A stretch of DNA of 64,000 nucleotides from an uncultured Flavobacteriaceae bacterium (GCA_963815225.1 CAWFGA010000001.1:258952-322951), one strand, 5' to 3'. Shown: positions 20,150 to 31,153, numbered from the stretch's first letter. Translations and numbers: made by a program. Notes: generated from the letters alone by a model not told the origin.

Positions 20150-21651
20150 AATTTAAAATTAAGTCCGCTATAGACGCCTATGGAGTAGGGTCTAAAGGTT
20201 CCATTAATTTCGGAAAAGGTGTTTAACTGATATTTAAAAACAGGTTCTAGATTAAGCTGTATTTTGGGAGAAAATTTATAATTGATTCCAAGCCCCATAT
20301 TTGCGCTAAAATTAAGGTCATTGATATTATTGGCCTCGCCAATTTCTGTAGTAAGGGCTCCAGCGGTCAATGAAACAGCGTTATCGATTAAAAAGAGCGA
20401 GCTAATGCCCCAAATTAAATTCACTCCAAATTTGTTATCCACAAGGGCGTAATTCAATTCTAAGGGAAGTTCAAGATATCCTAGTTGCTGGGACATAAAA
20501 CCTTCCCGGGCAGCACTTCTAGCGGACACATCAGCTGAGGTATTTGCCGTATTGAATTTTTCCGAAGCTACTTTTTTACTGGAAATAATAAGTGAACTTG
20601 AGGTTGGGGCATAATCAATCGAGGACAATTGGCCTTGATTGGAAAATGCTGCACTGATCGAAGAGGAGAAGGCTACATCTTCCGTATCATAACCATAATC
20701 CACTTTATGCAAACCGGAACGGATGGTTAATTTTTTTGAAACAGCATAGGCAACGTTTAACCCATAACTAAAATTGACATTTCCTGATTTGGAATTAGGG
20801 ATGAAAATGGAGTTTACGGGCGAGCCTTGGCCAATAGCATTGAAATAAACAGGGGCTACACTAGGCCCAGCAGACCATCTAGAAGTATTTTCCTTTTGGT
20901 CGATGTCTTTTTCACTTTCCGCATCCGCTATGGCATCGAAGATTGATTTTTTGACCTGGTCATCAGTTTCGTTCCGTTTTTCCTCCGGTGTAATAGATGA
21001 CAACGAATTGAAATCATCCATTTCTTTCAACTTTGTACTATTCTTAGTAGGGTTTTCGGAGGATGTGGTCGTTGTTTTGGTAATATTTTGTTGTGCTATA
21101 AGGGGTTCCTTGTCGGTCGCTTGGTCCGTATCATTTTCCTTCGCAACGACGCCCCTCCCATAACCTGCTTTATTTTGGATGGTGTTTGAGGCGGCTACAC
21201 CATTTTGTGCCTTTTTAGTACCTATGTCAGTCTCCTTGCTAGAGCTACCTTTTAAATTGGAACCGATTCCTGCAACTGAATTTTCTTCACCCTTCGTAGG
21301 AGCGGCAGGAGGTGTTGTGTCCACTATTGTATTATCGGGAATGGAGGGAGGGTTGTTTCCAGAATTTTCCGATTCGGATGCTGGCTCAGTATTACCGATG
21401 TTTTCTATAGTTGAATCGGTATCAACAATAATTTCTTCACTGGTTTGCTGGTTTGCAAAAGGATTGAATAGCATAAATGCAACGGCCAAAGCAGCAGCTA
21501 TGCCTCCCAATTGCCACCAGATTGGAAAAATACGTTTCTTTCTCTTTTGATCCAATGAGGTTTCAATCGATTGCCACACCTTGGCATCGGGGGCCTCCTT
21601 GAAGTCCAAAAATCTCTCTTGGAATAATTCGTCTAATTTCTTTTTTTGCAT
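20146..21651 (-). CDS. Putative anti-sigma factor: N-terminal cytoplasmic helix, TM, low-complexity linker, C-terminal outer-membrane beta-barrel
   Basis: LDELF...P...VW..I N-terminus, one TM, S/T/N/E/K-rich linker, amphipathic strands ending SGLNFKF; directly after ECF sigma. Confidence 0.75.
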   Translation of the reverse strand: MQKKKLDELFQERFLDFKEAPDAKVWQSIETSLDQKRKKRIFPIWWQLGGIAAALAVAFMLFNPFANQQTSEEIIVDTDSTIENIGNTEPASESENSGNNPPSIPDNTIVDTTPPAAPTKGEENSVAGIGSNLKGSSSKETDIGTKKAQNGVAASNTIQNKAGYGRGVVAKENDTDQATDKEPLIAQQNITKTTTTSSENPTKNSTKLKEMDDFNSLSSITPEEKRNETDDQVKKSIFDAIADAESEKDIDQKENTSRWSAGPSVAPVYFNAIGQGSPVNSIFIPNSKSGNVNFSYGLNVAYAVSKKLTIRSGLHKVDYGYDTEDVAFSSSISAAFSNQGQLSSIDYAPTSSSLIISSKKVASEKFNTANTSADVSARSAAREGFMSQQLGYLELPLELNYALVDNKFGVNLIWGISSLFLIDNAVSLTAGALTTEIGEANNINDLNFSANMGLGINYKFSPKIQLNLEPVFKYQLNTFSEINGTFRPYSIGVYSGLNFKF

Positions 21652-21682
21652 CGCTAATTTTTTCAGTCTATAATCATTAGGA

Positions 21683-22249
21683 TTATAAAAAGTGTGTTGT
21701 TATAATCATGAGTATCCCAATAATGGACTGGGAGACTTTGGTCTCTAATTTTTCTTTCAGTAAAACACGCGCCCTCGCAAGGTTGGATTTTGAGGTACCG
21801 ATCGAAGTACCTAAGGTTTCGCTAATCTCTTTGTGGGTATAGCCATCCAACACATACAAATTGAATGTGGCCCGGTATTTAGTGGGTAGTTCTTGAATAT
21901 ATCCCAAAAGGGTCTGTAGGCTTATTTCGCTATACGCGCTTTCTACCGTAATTTCTTCTTCCGTAGGGTCACCAACAATGTTTAAGTATTCTTCCTTTCT
22001 AAATTTCTGTAATGCGGTGTTTATTGTAATACGCTTCATCCAACCTTCAAAAGACCCTTTGTTCTTGAACTGACCAATTTTTTCATAAATGGTCATAAAG
22101 CTGTCGTGCAAATTATCTTCCGCCGCGACCTTGGAGTTAGAATATTTTAAGCATATGCCATATAACGTGCCGGCATAGGACCTATACAAGAGTTCCTGTG
22201 CTCTCCGGTCACCTTTTTGGCATTTTTCTATGAGCTCCTCTACACTCAA
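21683..22249 (-). CDS. ECF RNA polymerase sigma factor
   Basis: AEDNLHDSF, GSFEGWMKRI, GYTHKEISETLG...SKSNLARAR. Confidence 0.95.
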   Translation of the reverse strand: MSVEELIEKCQKGDRRAQELLYRSYAGTLYGICLKYSNSKVAAEDNLHDSFMTIYEKIGQFKNKGSFEGWMKRITINTALQKFRKEEYLNIVGDPTEEEITVESAYSEISLQTLLGYIQELPTKYRATFNLYVLDGYTHKEISETLGTSIGTSKSNLARARVLLKEKLETKVSQSIIGILMIITTHFL

Positions 22250-22274
22250 ATAGGCTTGGATTGGTTAGTGCTTA

Positions 22275-22697
22275 TCATTCATTTACAGGTACCACAACTT
22301 CAATATATTCTGGCTCGCCATCACTATTCTCGCCAGAATAAAATTTAAAGGTGTATGGGTCTGTGTAAATTACGGAAAAATTAAAGGACGCCGTTTCTTC
22401 GATAACCGCTTGGGTACAAGCTTGATTATCTGAGCGTACGGAACCTACGGCAAAAACGTTGCGCACGGTCAAGGCTTCTTTTTGAACATCAAACCCTTCG
22501 TAAAAGGTACAACCATCCGGTTTCAGATAGGTTACAGAAATAATATAATTTTGATTGAAATCAAAGGACTCTGGCACATCAACCTCCGTAATCTCTAAAG
22601 CGGTAAAGTGAAAATTAACATCGTCATCGTCTAAAGAACATCCTCCAATAACCAATGCTACAGAGCATGTGAGCATCATAATAAATCTTCTCATCAT
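22275..22697 (-). CDS. Hypothetical lipoprotein, first gene of the ECF operon
   Basis: Lipobox IGGC followed by acidic SLDDDD; two further Cys. Confidence 0.8.
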   Translation of the reverse strand: MMRRFIMMLTCSVALVIGGCSLDDDDVNFHFTALEITEVDVPESFDFNQNYIISVTYLKPDGCTFYEGFDVQKEALTVRNVFAVGSVRSDNQACTQAVIEETASFNFSVIYTDPYTFKFYSGENSDGEPEYIEVVVPVNE

Positions 22698-22716
22698 TGT
22701 AATAGTTTTTATTACT

Positions 22717-22744
22717 AGATGAAAGGTTCAATTAAAGGTTGCGT
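22717..22744 (-). promoter_or_regulatory. Putative ECF promoter ACGCAACC-N15-CATCT
   Basis: 20 nt upstream of the lipoprotein start; AAC/TCT ECF-type elements; same motif at 23854-23881. Confidence 0.6.
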
Positions 22745-22780
22745 ACCAGAAATGGAAAAAAGGCGTATAAAACTGGGTGG

Positions 22781-23788
22781 CTATTTATTCAATGCGTTGA
22801 TTGCCTCCCGTATTTTCACATCCAATTCCTCAAAAAGTTCTGGGTTGTCCAACAACAATGCTTTTACGGCATCACGTCCTTGACCAAGCTTGGTGTCTCC
22901 ATAACTAAACCAGGAACCACTTTTCTTTATTATCTCATATTCTACACCAAGGTCGATGACTTCCCCAACTTTGGAGATTCCTTCGCCATACATAATATCA
23001 AACTCAGTGGTACGGAAGGGTGGGGCAACTTTGTTCTTTACCACCTTAACCCTAGTCTTGTTTCCTTGCACATTACCGTCTGTATCTTTTATTTGTGTAG
23101 ATCTTCTAATATCCAAACGAACCGATGCGTAGAATTTTAGTGCATTACCACCGGTGGTTGTTTCTGGATTACCGAACATCACCCCAATTTTTTCACGTAG
23201 TTGGTTGATGAATATAACGGTACAATGCGTTTTGCTAATAGATCCTGTTAGCTTACGCAGGGCTTGGGACATTAAACGTGCATGAAGACCCATTTTGGAA
23301 TCTCCCATTTCCCCTTCAATTTCACTTTTGGGGGTCAAGGCCGCTACAGAATCGATTACAACAATGTCAATGGCTCCAGAACGAATAAGGTTATCGGCAA
23401 TTTCCAACCCTTGCTCCCCGTTGTCGGGTTGGGAAATGATTAAATTATCGATATCTACTCCAAGTTTTTGTGCGTAGAACCGGTCGAAGGCATGTTCCGC
23501 ATCAATAAAGGCCGCTATGCCTCCATTTTTCTGTGCCTCTGCAATGGCATGCAATGTAAGCGTGGTTTTACCCGATGATTCTGGTCCGTAAATTTCTATG
23601 ACCCTACCCCGTGGATAACCGCCAACACCCAATGCAATATCCAATCCTAATGAGCCGGAAGGAATCACTTCAACATCGGCCACAACACTATCCCCCATCT
23701 TCATAACAGCACCCTTTCCGTAGGTTTTGTCCATCTTGTCAAGGGTCAACTTCAATGCTTTTAATTTTGCTTCTTTTTCGGAACTCAT
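22781..23788 (-). CDS. recA: Recombinase RecA
   Basis: [31 protein letters not shown]. Confidence 0.99.
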   Translation of the reverse strand: MSSEKEAKLKALKLTLDKMDKTYGKGAVMKMGDSVVADVEVIPSGSLGLDIALGVGGYPRGRVIEIYGPESSGKTTLTLHAIAEAQKNGGIAAFIDAEHAFDRFYAQKLGVDIDNLIISQPDNGEQGLEIADNLIRSGAIDIVVIDSVAALTPKSEIEGEMGDSKMGLHARLMSQALRKLTGSISKTHCTVIFINQLREKIGVMFGNPETTTGGNALKFYASVRLDIRRSTQIKDTDGNVQGNKTRVKVVKNKVAPPFRTTEFDIMYGEGISKVGEVIDLGVEYEIIKKSGSWFSYGDTKLGQGRDAVKALLLDNPELFEELDVKIREAINALNK

Positions 23789-23853
23789 TTTCTGATTTTT
23801 AGGAACGCTAAATTACCATTTCTTTTTTGAATGGAATAATTATGAAAGGGATA

Positions 23854-23881
23854 ACGCAACCATTTTAAGGAATCACCATCT
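23854..23881 (+). promoter_or_regulatory. Second copy of putative ECF promoter ACGCAACC-N15-CATCT
   Basis: Identical elements and spacing to 22717-22744. Confidence 0.55.
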
Positions 23882-23893
23882 TCTAAAAAAAGA

Positions 23894-24008
23894 TTGTGGT
23901 TTTCTGATTATACTCCGTTGTTTTTAGTGGCAATGGATACTGGTGGCTATTTCCCTTTTATGTTCCGAAAGAATGCTATGAAGAAGAGAAAAATGGAATA
24001 GCCGATAA
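23894..24008 (+). other. Candidate small membrane-peptide gene (broken reading)
   Basis: Removing one G near 23935 gives MWFSDYTPLFLVAMILVAISLLCSERML*RREKWNSR*; lies between the ECF promoter and a hairpin. Confidence 0.35.
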
Positions 24009-24039
24009 AGAGTCTTGGGGAACCAAGACTCTTTCTTTA
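24007..24039 (+). terminator. Hairpin / intrinsic terminator
   Basis: AAAGAGTCTTGG-GGAA-CCAAGACTCTTT perfect 12-bp stem, then CTTT. Confidence 0.7.
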
Positions 24040-24140
24040 TGAAGAAATAGTAATACCAACCAGGATAATGGGACTGTCTTCCCGTAAATTCCTATTTTTG
24101 CACTGGTAAATACTTCTTTAACTTAAACGATTGGTATAGC

Positions 24141-25172
24141 ATGCAACTGTACAATACATTAAGTGCAAAGGAAAGAGCGGCCTTGATAGCCGAGGCGGGT
24201 CAAGAACGGTTGACTATTTCTTTCTATAAATATGCACACATTGGCAATCCTGGCCTTTTTAGAGATCACTTGTTTATTCATTGGAACGAATTGGATGTTC
24301 TTGGGCGAATTTACGTAGCCCATGAAGGTATAAACGCGCAATTATCGGTTCCTGCCGAAAATTTTGGAGCATTTAAAAAGCATCTGGACAGTATCTCCTT
24401 TTTACAGCATGTGCGTTTGAACATTGCAATTGAGCAGGATAATCTTTCCTTTTTAAAATTAAAGGTGAAGGTGAGGCATAAGATCGTAGCAGATGGCTTA
24501 AACGACGATGCTTTTGACGTTACCGACAAAGGGGTTCATGTAGATGCGGAAAGGTTCAACGAACTTATAGAAGATCCAGATACGGTCTTGGTAGACATGC
24601 GTAACCATTATGAAAGCGAGATCGGCCATTTTAAGAATGCCATAACTCCAGACGTGGATACGTTTCGGGATTCCTTGGATATTATTGAAAGTGATTTGGC
24701 AGACCACAAGGAGGATAAAAAATTGGTCATGTACTGCACAGGAGGAATACGATGCGAAAAAGCTAGTGCGTATTATAAGCATAAGGGGTTTAAACAGGTT
24801 TATCAATTGGAGGGCGGTATCATTGAGTATGCCAGGCAAGTGGAAAAAAAGAAATTGGAGAATAAGTTTAAGGGCAAGAATTTTGTCTTTGATCACCGTA
24901 GGGGTGAGCGAATAAGTGACGATGTCATAGCACAATGTCACCAATGTGGCGGGCCTTGCGATGAGCATGTTAATTGTGCCAATGAGGCTTGTCATTTGCT
25001 TTTTATACAGTGCGAGGCCTGTGCCAAGAAAATGAACAATTGCTGTTCAGATGCTTGCAAAAAAGTCCATGAATTGCCCTACGAGCAGCAAAAGGAATTG
25101 CGCCGGGGGAAAGTTGTAAGTAACAAAATATTTAAAAAAGGAAGGTCTGAGGTACTCAAGTTTAAGAATTGA
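24141..25172 (+). CDS. trhO: Rhodanese-domain tRNA uridine(34) hydroxylase
   Basis: GRIYVAHEGIN, DMRNHYE..IGHF, MYCTGGIRCEK, Cys-rich C-terminus; TATTTTTG at 24093. Confidence 0.9.
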   Translation: MQLYNTLSAKERAALIAEAGQERLTISFYKYAHIGNPGLFRDHLFIHWNELDVLGRIYVAHEGINAQLSVPAENFGAFKKHLDSISFLQHVRLNIAIEQDNLSFLKLKVKVRHKIVADGLNDDAFDVTDKGVHVDAERFNELIEDPDTVLVDMRNHYESEIGHFKNAITPDVDTFRDSLDIIESDLADHKEDKKLVMYCTGGIRCEKASAYYKHKGFKQVYQLEGGIIEYARQVEKKKLENKFKGKNFVFDHRRGERISDDVIAQCHQCGGPCDEHVNCANEACHLLFIQCEACAKKMNNCCSDACKKVHELPYEQQKELRRGKVVSNKIFKKGRSEVLKFKN

Positions 25173-25409
25173 GATACTCTAAAATAGCTTTAGTAAGCAC
25201 TATTTTCGGAGGAATGGTTTTAACCATTTTTAGTGTTGTAATGCTGGTAAAGTATATTTTAAATGAAGCTATTCAAATTCTTGTCGATTGCCGGGTCCTT
25301 ATAACTTCGCTTTTAAATCACATTAAAAAAATAGTATCTTTACCTATAAGTTTTTTATGAACCTTTTTTGGTGAATCTTTTAGGATTCGGCCGAATCAAT
25401 ATATAAAAT

Positions 25410-26591
25410 ATGGGTTGTAGTAGTTGTTCTACCGGTAAGGATGGACAACCAAAGGGATGCAAGAATAACGGTACTTGCGGTACAGATGGTTGCAATAAAT
25501 TAACAGTTTTTGATTGGCTTTCCAATATGTCGCTTCCCAATGGGGAACGTCCATTTGATTTTGTAGAAGTCCGATTCAAAAATAGTAGAAAAGAGTTTTT
25601 TCGAAACACGGAAAACCTTTCACTTTCCATTGGCGACATTGTTGCCACACAAGCACAAGCAGGTCATGACATAGGTATGGTTACATTGACCGGGGAATTG
25701 GTGCGTGTGCAGATGAAGCGGAAGAAAGTGGATTTTAAGGAACCGGATTTCCCTAAAGTCTATAGAAAGGCGAGTCAGAAAGACATTGATATTTGGCAGA
25801 AATGTAGGGATAGGGAAGAGGAAATTAAAAAGCGTGCGCGTGAAATCGCTATTATCCTAAAGCTGCAAATGAAGATTTCGGATGTGGAATTTCAAGGCGA
25901 TGGATCTAAGGCTACCTTCTATTATACGGCAGATGAGCGGGTAGATTTCCGTCAATTGATCAAGGACATGGCCAAGGCTTTTGGCATTCGTATAGAGATG
26001 CGCCAAATTGGCTATAGACAGGAAGCGCAGCGTTTGGGTGGTATTGGATCATGCGGAAGGGAATTATGCTGTTCCACATGGCTTACGGATTTTAGATCGG
26101 TAAGCACTTCGGCGGCACGCTACCAGCAGTTATCCTTGAACCCTCAGAAGTTGGCAGGTCAGTGCGGCAAACTCAAGTGTTGTCTAAATTATGAGTTGGA
26201 TGCGTACCTAGACGCTTTAAAAGATTTTCCATCCCAAGACACCAAGTTGTTAACGGAAAAGGGACTGGCATTTTGCCAAAAGACGGACATTTTTAAGGAA
26301 ATGCTCTGGTTTTCCTATAAAGACCATCCGGGCAACTGGCACGTGCTTTCCAAAGATCAGGTAAATGAAATTTTGGAAAAAAACAAGAAGAAAGAGAAAG
26401 TTCCAAGCTTGGAAATGTATGCCATGGAGGTAGAGGTCGTGGAGAAAGTGGTTTTTGAAAATGTCGTGGGGCAGGACAGCCTTACACGGTTTGATAAGCC
26501 TAAGGGAGGCAGGGGCAGAAGCAAGGGCAAAGGAAAAAATAGAAACAGGAACAAGAACAGAAATAGAAAAAGAAACCAAAAGAATGCGTAG
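25410..26591 (+). CDS. ricT: PSP1/RicT (YaaT) family Fe-S regulatory protein
   Basis: RVDFRQLI, GGIGSCGRELCCSTW, GQCGKLKCCLNYE. Confidence 0.9.
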   Translation: MGCSSCSTGKDGQPKGCKNNGTCGTDGCNKLTVFDWLSNMSLPNGERPFDFVEVRFKNSRKEFFRNTENLSLSIGDIVATQAQAGHDIGMVTLTGELVRVQMKRKKVDFKEPDFPKVYRKASQKDIDIWQKCRDREEEIKKRAREIAIILKLQMKISDVEFQGDGSKATFYYTADERVDFRQLIKDMAKAFGIRIEMRQIGYRQEAQRLGGIGSCGRELCCSTWLTDFRSVSTSAARYQQLSLNPQKLAGQCGKLKCCLNYELDAYLDALKDFPSQDTKLLTEKGLAFCQKTDIFKEMLWFSYKDHPGNWHVLSKDQVNEILEKNKKKEKVPSLEMYAMEVEVVEKVVFENVVGQDSLTRFDKPKGGRGRSKGKGKNRNRNKNRNRKRNQKNA

Positions 26592-27069
26592 TATACTAAG
26601 CACATTGATTGCGCTGCTCGTGTTGGTTTCGTGCGACTCCAATGTCGTAAAATCTGAATACCGCTCCTTGAATAAGGGTATTTGGAACAAGGACGAAACG
26701 CTGGAATTTTCGTTTTCCGAAATGGACACGGTACAGAAACACGATATTTTCATTATGGTGCGGAATGATAATTCGTTCACCTACAGCAATCTCTTTTTAA
26801 TAGCTTCACTAACAACGCCAGAGGGGGAAGTGACAAAGGACACCTTGGAATATGCCATGGCGCTGCCAGACGGTACCTGGTTGGGTAAGGGCAGCGGTAG
26901 TATCAAGGAAAATAAATTATGGTATAAGGAAAACATCGATTTTCCCTCCACTGGCGTATATACTGTAACCATTTCCCACGCTATGCGTAAAAATGGTACC
27001 GTATCCGGTATTGTAGGCTTGGAAGGGATAACGGATGTAGGTGTAGAAGTAACAAAAAGTAACCCGTAA
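26584..27069 (+). CDS. gldH: Gliding motility lipoprotein GldH
   Basis: Lipobox LVSC, YSNLFLI, DTLEY, WLGKG...KENKLWYKE, HAMR; ricT-gldH-PBP synteny. Confidence 0.9.
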   Translation: MRSILSTLIALLVLVSCDSNVVKSEYRSLNKGIWNKDETLEFSFSEMDTVQKHDIFIMVRNDNSFTYSNLFLIASLTTPEGEVTKDTLEYAMALPDGTWLGKGSGSIKENKLWYKENIDFPSTGVYTVTISHAMRKNGTVSGIVGLEGITDVGVEVTKSNP

Positions 27070-27072
27070 ATT

Positions 27073-29416
27073 ATGGCAAAAGCGGTAAAAAAGAAAAAAA
27101 CCAATAACTTTTCCAAATTCATTAAATGGTTTTGGATAGTATTCGTTTCGGGAATCGTTACGGTGGCATTGATATTTTTATCTGCCTCGTGGGGCCTGTT
27201 TGGCGAATTGCCCCCTTATGAATATTTGGAAAATCCACAGACCAATTTAGCTTCACAGATCATTTCATCCGATGGTAATCTGTTGGGCAAGTTCTATTTG
27301 GACGATAACCGAACCGATGTAAAATTTGAGGATTTGCCGGATAATTTGGTAAACGCGTTGATCGCTACGGAGGATGCTCGGTTCAGAGATCATTCCGGCA
27401 TCGATGCGCGGGGTACGCTTAGGGCTTTCGCTTTTCTTGGAAGTAAAGGTGGCGCAAGTACCATTTCGCAACAATTGGCCAGACAATTGTTCGTAGGGGT
27501 ACGTTCCAGAAGCAAGTTTGACGCCGTTAAACAAAAAATCAAGGAATGGGTTTTGGCAACCCGTTTGGAACGAAGTTATACCAAGGAAGAAATCATAAGC
27601 ATGTATTTCAATATTTATGACTTTGGCAATAATGCGGATGGTATACGTTCTGCCGCACGGATCTATTTTGGAAAGGAGCCTAAGGATTTAAAGACCGAAG
27701 AATCTGCGATGTTGGTTGGGATGTTCAAAAATTCATCCCTGTTTAACCCCTTGCGTAGAGAAGAAATGGTGAAAACCAGAAGGGATGTGGTTTTGGCACA
27801 AATGGCCAAGTACGATTACATTACGGAAGAAGAAAAGGATTCACTGCAAGCTTTGCGGATGGATATCAATTACAATCCTGAAAACCATAGGGAGGGGCTG
27901 GCGACTTATTTTAGAATGTACTTACAACGGTTCATGAGGGATTGGATCGATAAAAATCCGAAGCCCGCAATGGAAGGGGAGCGTGATCGGTATAATATTT
28001 ATTTGGATGGACTGAAGATATATACTACTATAGATTCAAAGATGCAGGCGAATGCAGAGGAGTCCGTTTATCAACATATGACGAAACTGCAGGCTGAATT
28101 CTTTCACCAGAATACGACAGAAAGAAATAAAACCACACCATTTTCCGATATTACCGCAGAAGAAACCGAAGGTATTCTAGAACGTGCCATGAAAAATTCG
28201 GACCGATGGCGATTGATGAAGGATGCGGGAAAGTCCGAGACAGAAATCAGGGAGTCTTTCCATAAGGAAACAGAAATGACGGTTTTTGACTGGAAGAGCG
28301 ATACTAGGGAAAAGGATACGATTTTGACGCCAATGGACTCCATCCGGTACTATAAAACATTTTTAAGGGCTGCCATGATGTCGATGGAGCCACAAACGGG
28401 ACATGTAAAGGCTTGGGTAGGTGGTATCAATTATAAACATTTTCAGTACGATAACGTAATACAAGGTTCAAGACAAGCAGGTTCTACTTTTAAACCTTTT
28501 GTATATGCAGCGGCTATAGATCAATTACGACTTTCTCCTTGTGATAAATGGCCAGACACCGAATATTGGATCGAAGCTGGCAAACATGGCAACATGGAGG
28601 CATGGGGTCCAAGAAATTCCGATTTTAAATTTTCTGGAAAGGATATGACGCTTAAAATACGCGTTGGCAAATTCAGTAAATACGATAACTGCAAGACTAA
28701 TCGATATGGTAGGGCCTAAGTCGGTCGTATCCATTGTGAAAAATTTAGGCTTTACCAATGAAATTCTTCCGGTTCCTGCGATAGCCTTGGGAACAGAAAC
28801 TGTTAGTGTATACGAAATGGTGGGTGCTTATGGCACCTTTGCCAACCAAGGGGTATATGTGAAACCTGTAATGGTTACGCGTATAGAGGATAAAAACGGG
28901 ACGGTGCTTTATGAGTATGTTCCGGAAACAAAAGATGTTTTAAGCAAAGAGGTTTCCTATGCTATGGTCGATTTGATGAAAGGCGTTACCGAGGGAGGTT
29001 CGGGAACTAGACTTCGGCATAGTTTCAATGTCGACAATACCGTCTATAAAGAGGTGATGACAGGATACCCTTATGAGCTTACGAACCCTATTGCGGGTAA
29101 AACCGGGACTACCCAAAACAACAGTGATGGTTGGTTTATGGGTATGGTACCAAATTTAGTAACGGGTGTTTGGGTCGGTGGAGAAGAGCGTTCTGTGCAT
29201 TTTAAGAACATTCTTTATGGTCAAGGTGCTACTATGGCCTTACCCATTTGGGGGCTGTATATGAAAAAGAATTATGCTGATGAGGAATTGGGTATTTCCA
29301 AAGAGGATTTTGAAAAACCGGAGGAAATGTCCATTGAATTGGATTGTTCCAAATTTGCACAGGAAACCGAAGAGGACAATGATATTGAGGATGATTTGGA
29401 AGATTTGGATTTTTAG
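27073..29416 (+). CDS. mrcA: Class A penicillin-binding protein 1A; extra A in AAAA 28654-28657 (probable sequencing error)
   Basis: TEDARF..HSGID, GASTISQQLA, STFK, SVN, KTGT across ORFs 27073..28719 and 28664..29416. Confidence 0.88.
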
Positions 29417-29440
29417 AGAAACGAAAGCCAAAAAAATTAT

Positions 29441-29472
29441 AAAGGCCATGGCGTTAAGCGATGGCCTTTTTT
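29441..29472 (+). terminator. Intrinsic terminator after PBP1A
   Basis: AAAGGCCAT...ATGGCCTTT plus T-run. Confidence 0.75.
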
Positions 29473-29523
29473 AGTAATTCCATTTAAAATTGGTATTTTA
29501 GTAGGACGATAATTGAGTAGAAA

Positions 29524-30225
29524 ATGATACGGAAAACGGTAGCGGATGTAACAGAGGCGGTAGAAGGGGTAAAGAACGGAATGACATTTATGTTGGGAGG
29601 TTTTGGGCTTTGTGGTATACCCGAAAATGCCATAGCCGAATTGGTGAAAAAGGGGGTGAAGGATATTACCTGTATTTCCAATAATGCGGGAGTGGATGAT
29701 TTTGGATTGGGGCTTTTGTTGCAAAAACGGCAAATCAAAAAAATGATTTCTTCCTACGTTGGCGAGAATGATGAATTTGAGCGGCAAATGCTTAGTGGCG
29801 AGTTGGATGTAGAGTTGACTCCGCAAGGGACCTTAGCTGAGAAATGTAGGGCGGCACAAGCGGGGATACCGGCCTTTTTTACCCCGGCAGGCTACGGTAC
29901 TGAAGTTGCCGAGGGCAAGGAGGTTCGTGAATTTAATGGTAAAATGTATATTATGGAGGAGGCTTATAAGGCAGATTTTGCCTTTGTAAAAGCCTGGAAG
30001 GGCGATGCTGCCGGAAACTTGATTTTTAAAGGTACCGCCAGAAACTTTAATCCATGTATGTGCGGGGCTGCGACCATAACCGTGGCAGAAGTGGAGGAGC
30101 TGGTGCCTGAGGGCCAATTAGACCCAAATCAAATCCATATTCCAGGGATTTTTGTACAGCGGATTTTTAAGGGGCAACAGTACGAGAAAAGAATTGAACA
30201 ACGAACGGTACGTCAAAAGAAATAA
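29524..30225 (+). CDS. scoA: 3-oxoacid CoA-transferase subunit A
   Basis: [29 protein letters not shown]. Confidence 0.93.
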   Translation: MIRKTVADVTEAVEGVKNGMTFMLGGFGLCGIPENAIAELVKKGVKDITCISNNAGVDDFGLGLLLQKRQIKKMISSYVGENDEFERQMLSGELDVELTPQGTLAEKCRAAQAGIPAFFTPAGYGTEVAEGKEVREFNGKMYIMEEAYKADFAFVKAWKGDAAGNLIFKGTARNFNPCMCGAATITVAEVEELVPEGQLDPNQIHIPGIFVQRIFKGQQYEKRIEQRTVRQKK

Positions 30226-30226
30226 A

Positions 30227-30883
30227 ATGTTGGATAAGAACGGAATCGCAAAACGAATTGCACAGGAAGTTGAGGACGGCTATTACGTAAATCTTGGTAT
30301 TGGTATTCCTACTTTGGTCGCTAATTTTGTGCGGGATGATATTAGTGTAGAGTTTCAAAGTGAAAATGGAATATTGGGAATGGGTCCTTTTCCAATTGAT
30401 GGGGAGGAGGATGCGGATTTAATTAATGCTGGAAAACAGACCATTACAGCCTTGCCGGGAGCCTCATTTTTTGATTCTGCTACAAGTTTTGGCATGATTA
30501 GGGGGCAACACGTAGACTTAACGATTTTGGGCGCAATGGAAGTTGCCGATAATGGGGATATCGCCAATTGGAAAATTCCCGGTAAAATGGTAAAAGGTAT
30601 GGGAGGCGCTATGGATTTGGTGGCTTCCGCAGAGAATATAATCGTGGCCATGATGCATACCAATAGAGCTGGAGAATCAAAACTTTTGAAAAAATGCACC
30701 TTACCGTTAACAGGTGTGGGGTGCGTAAAGAAGATAGTGACCAACTTGGCCGTATTGGAGGTGACAGAAGCCGGGTTTTTGTTGTTGGAGAGGGCCCCAG
30801 GGGTTTCAGTTGATGAAATCAAGGCAGCTACGGAGGGTACGTTGATAGTAAAAGGCGCTATCCCCGAGATGGATATCGATTAA
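30227..30883 (+). CDS. scoB: 3-oxoacid CoA-transferase subunit B
   Basis: [13 protein letters not shown] catalytic Glu, [10 protein letters not shown]. Confidence 0.93.
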   Translation: MLDKNGIAKRIAQEVEDGYYVNLGIGIPTLVANFVRDDISVEFQSENGILGMGPFPIDGEEDADLINAGKQTITALPGASFFDSATSFGMIRGQHVDLTILGAMEVADNGDIANWKIPGKMVKGMGGAMDLVASAENIIVAMMHTNRAGESKLLKKCTLPLTGVGCVKKIVTNLAVLEVTEAGFLLLERAPGVSVDEIKAATEGTLIVKGAIPEMDID

Positions 30884-30918
30884 TTGGAATAATTGCATCT
30901 TCATCAGTTTATATATTG

Positions 30919-30948
30919 TTCACAACATTTTAATAGGAATTCACAACA
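30919..30948 (+). promoter_or_regulatory. Direct repeat TTCACAACA-N12-TTCACAACA (LytTR-like operator geometry)
   Basis: Perfect 9-mer repeat with 21-bp period, 30 bp upstream of TATATTTA. Confidence 0.55.
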
Positions 30949-31027
30949 ATAGTTTTTGAAAAAGGGAAGGATAGACGTATATTTAGGAAATAGAAAATCC
31001 CAATTAACCTATTAAAAATTGACCTAC

Positions 31028-31135
31028 ATGGATTCCCAATTCACGCACATTGCATCAGAAAAAAAGATACAAGTCTACCGCAATGATTTTTTCAGCGGAT
31101 TTTTAAGACTTACCAGAAAGCTGTTTATGTTGTAA
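31028..31135 (+). CDS. Small hypothetical protein, 35 aa (not in ORF track)
   Basis: MDSQFTHIASEKKIQVYRNDFFSGFLRLTRKLFML*, with promoter-like element upstream and strong terminator downstream. Confidence 0.5.
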   Translation: MDSQFTHIASEKKIQVYRNDFFSGFLRLTRKLFML

Positions 31136-31153
31136 TCAACATTAGCCGAAAAG

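Noticed and set aside
25169-25360. 63-aa hydrophobic ORF after trhO
   Set aside because: TTG start, AT-rich, overlaps the likely ricT promoter region, no recognisable motif.
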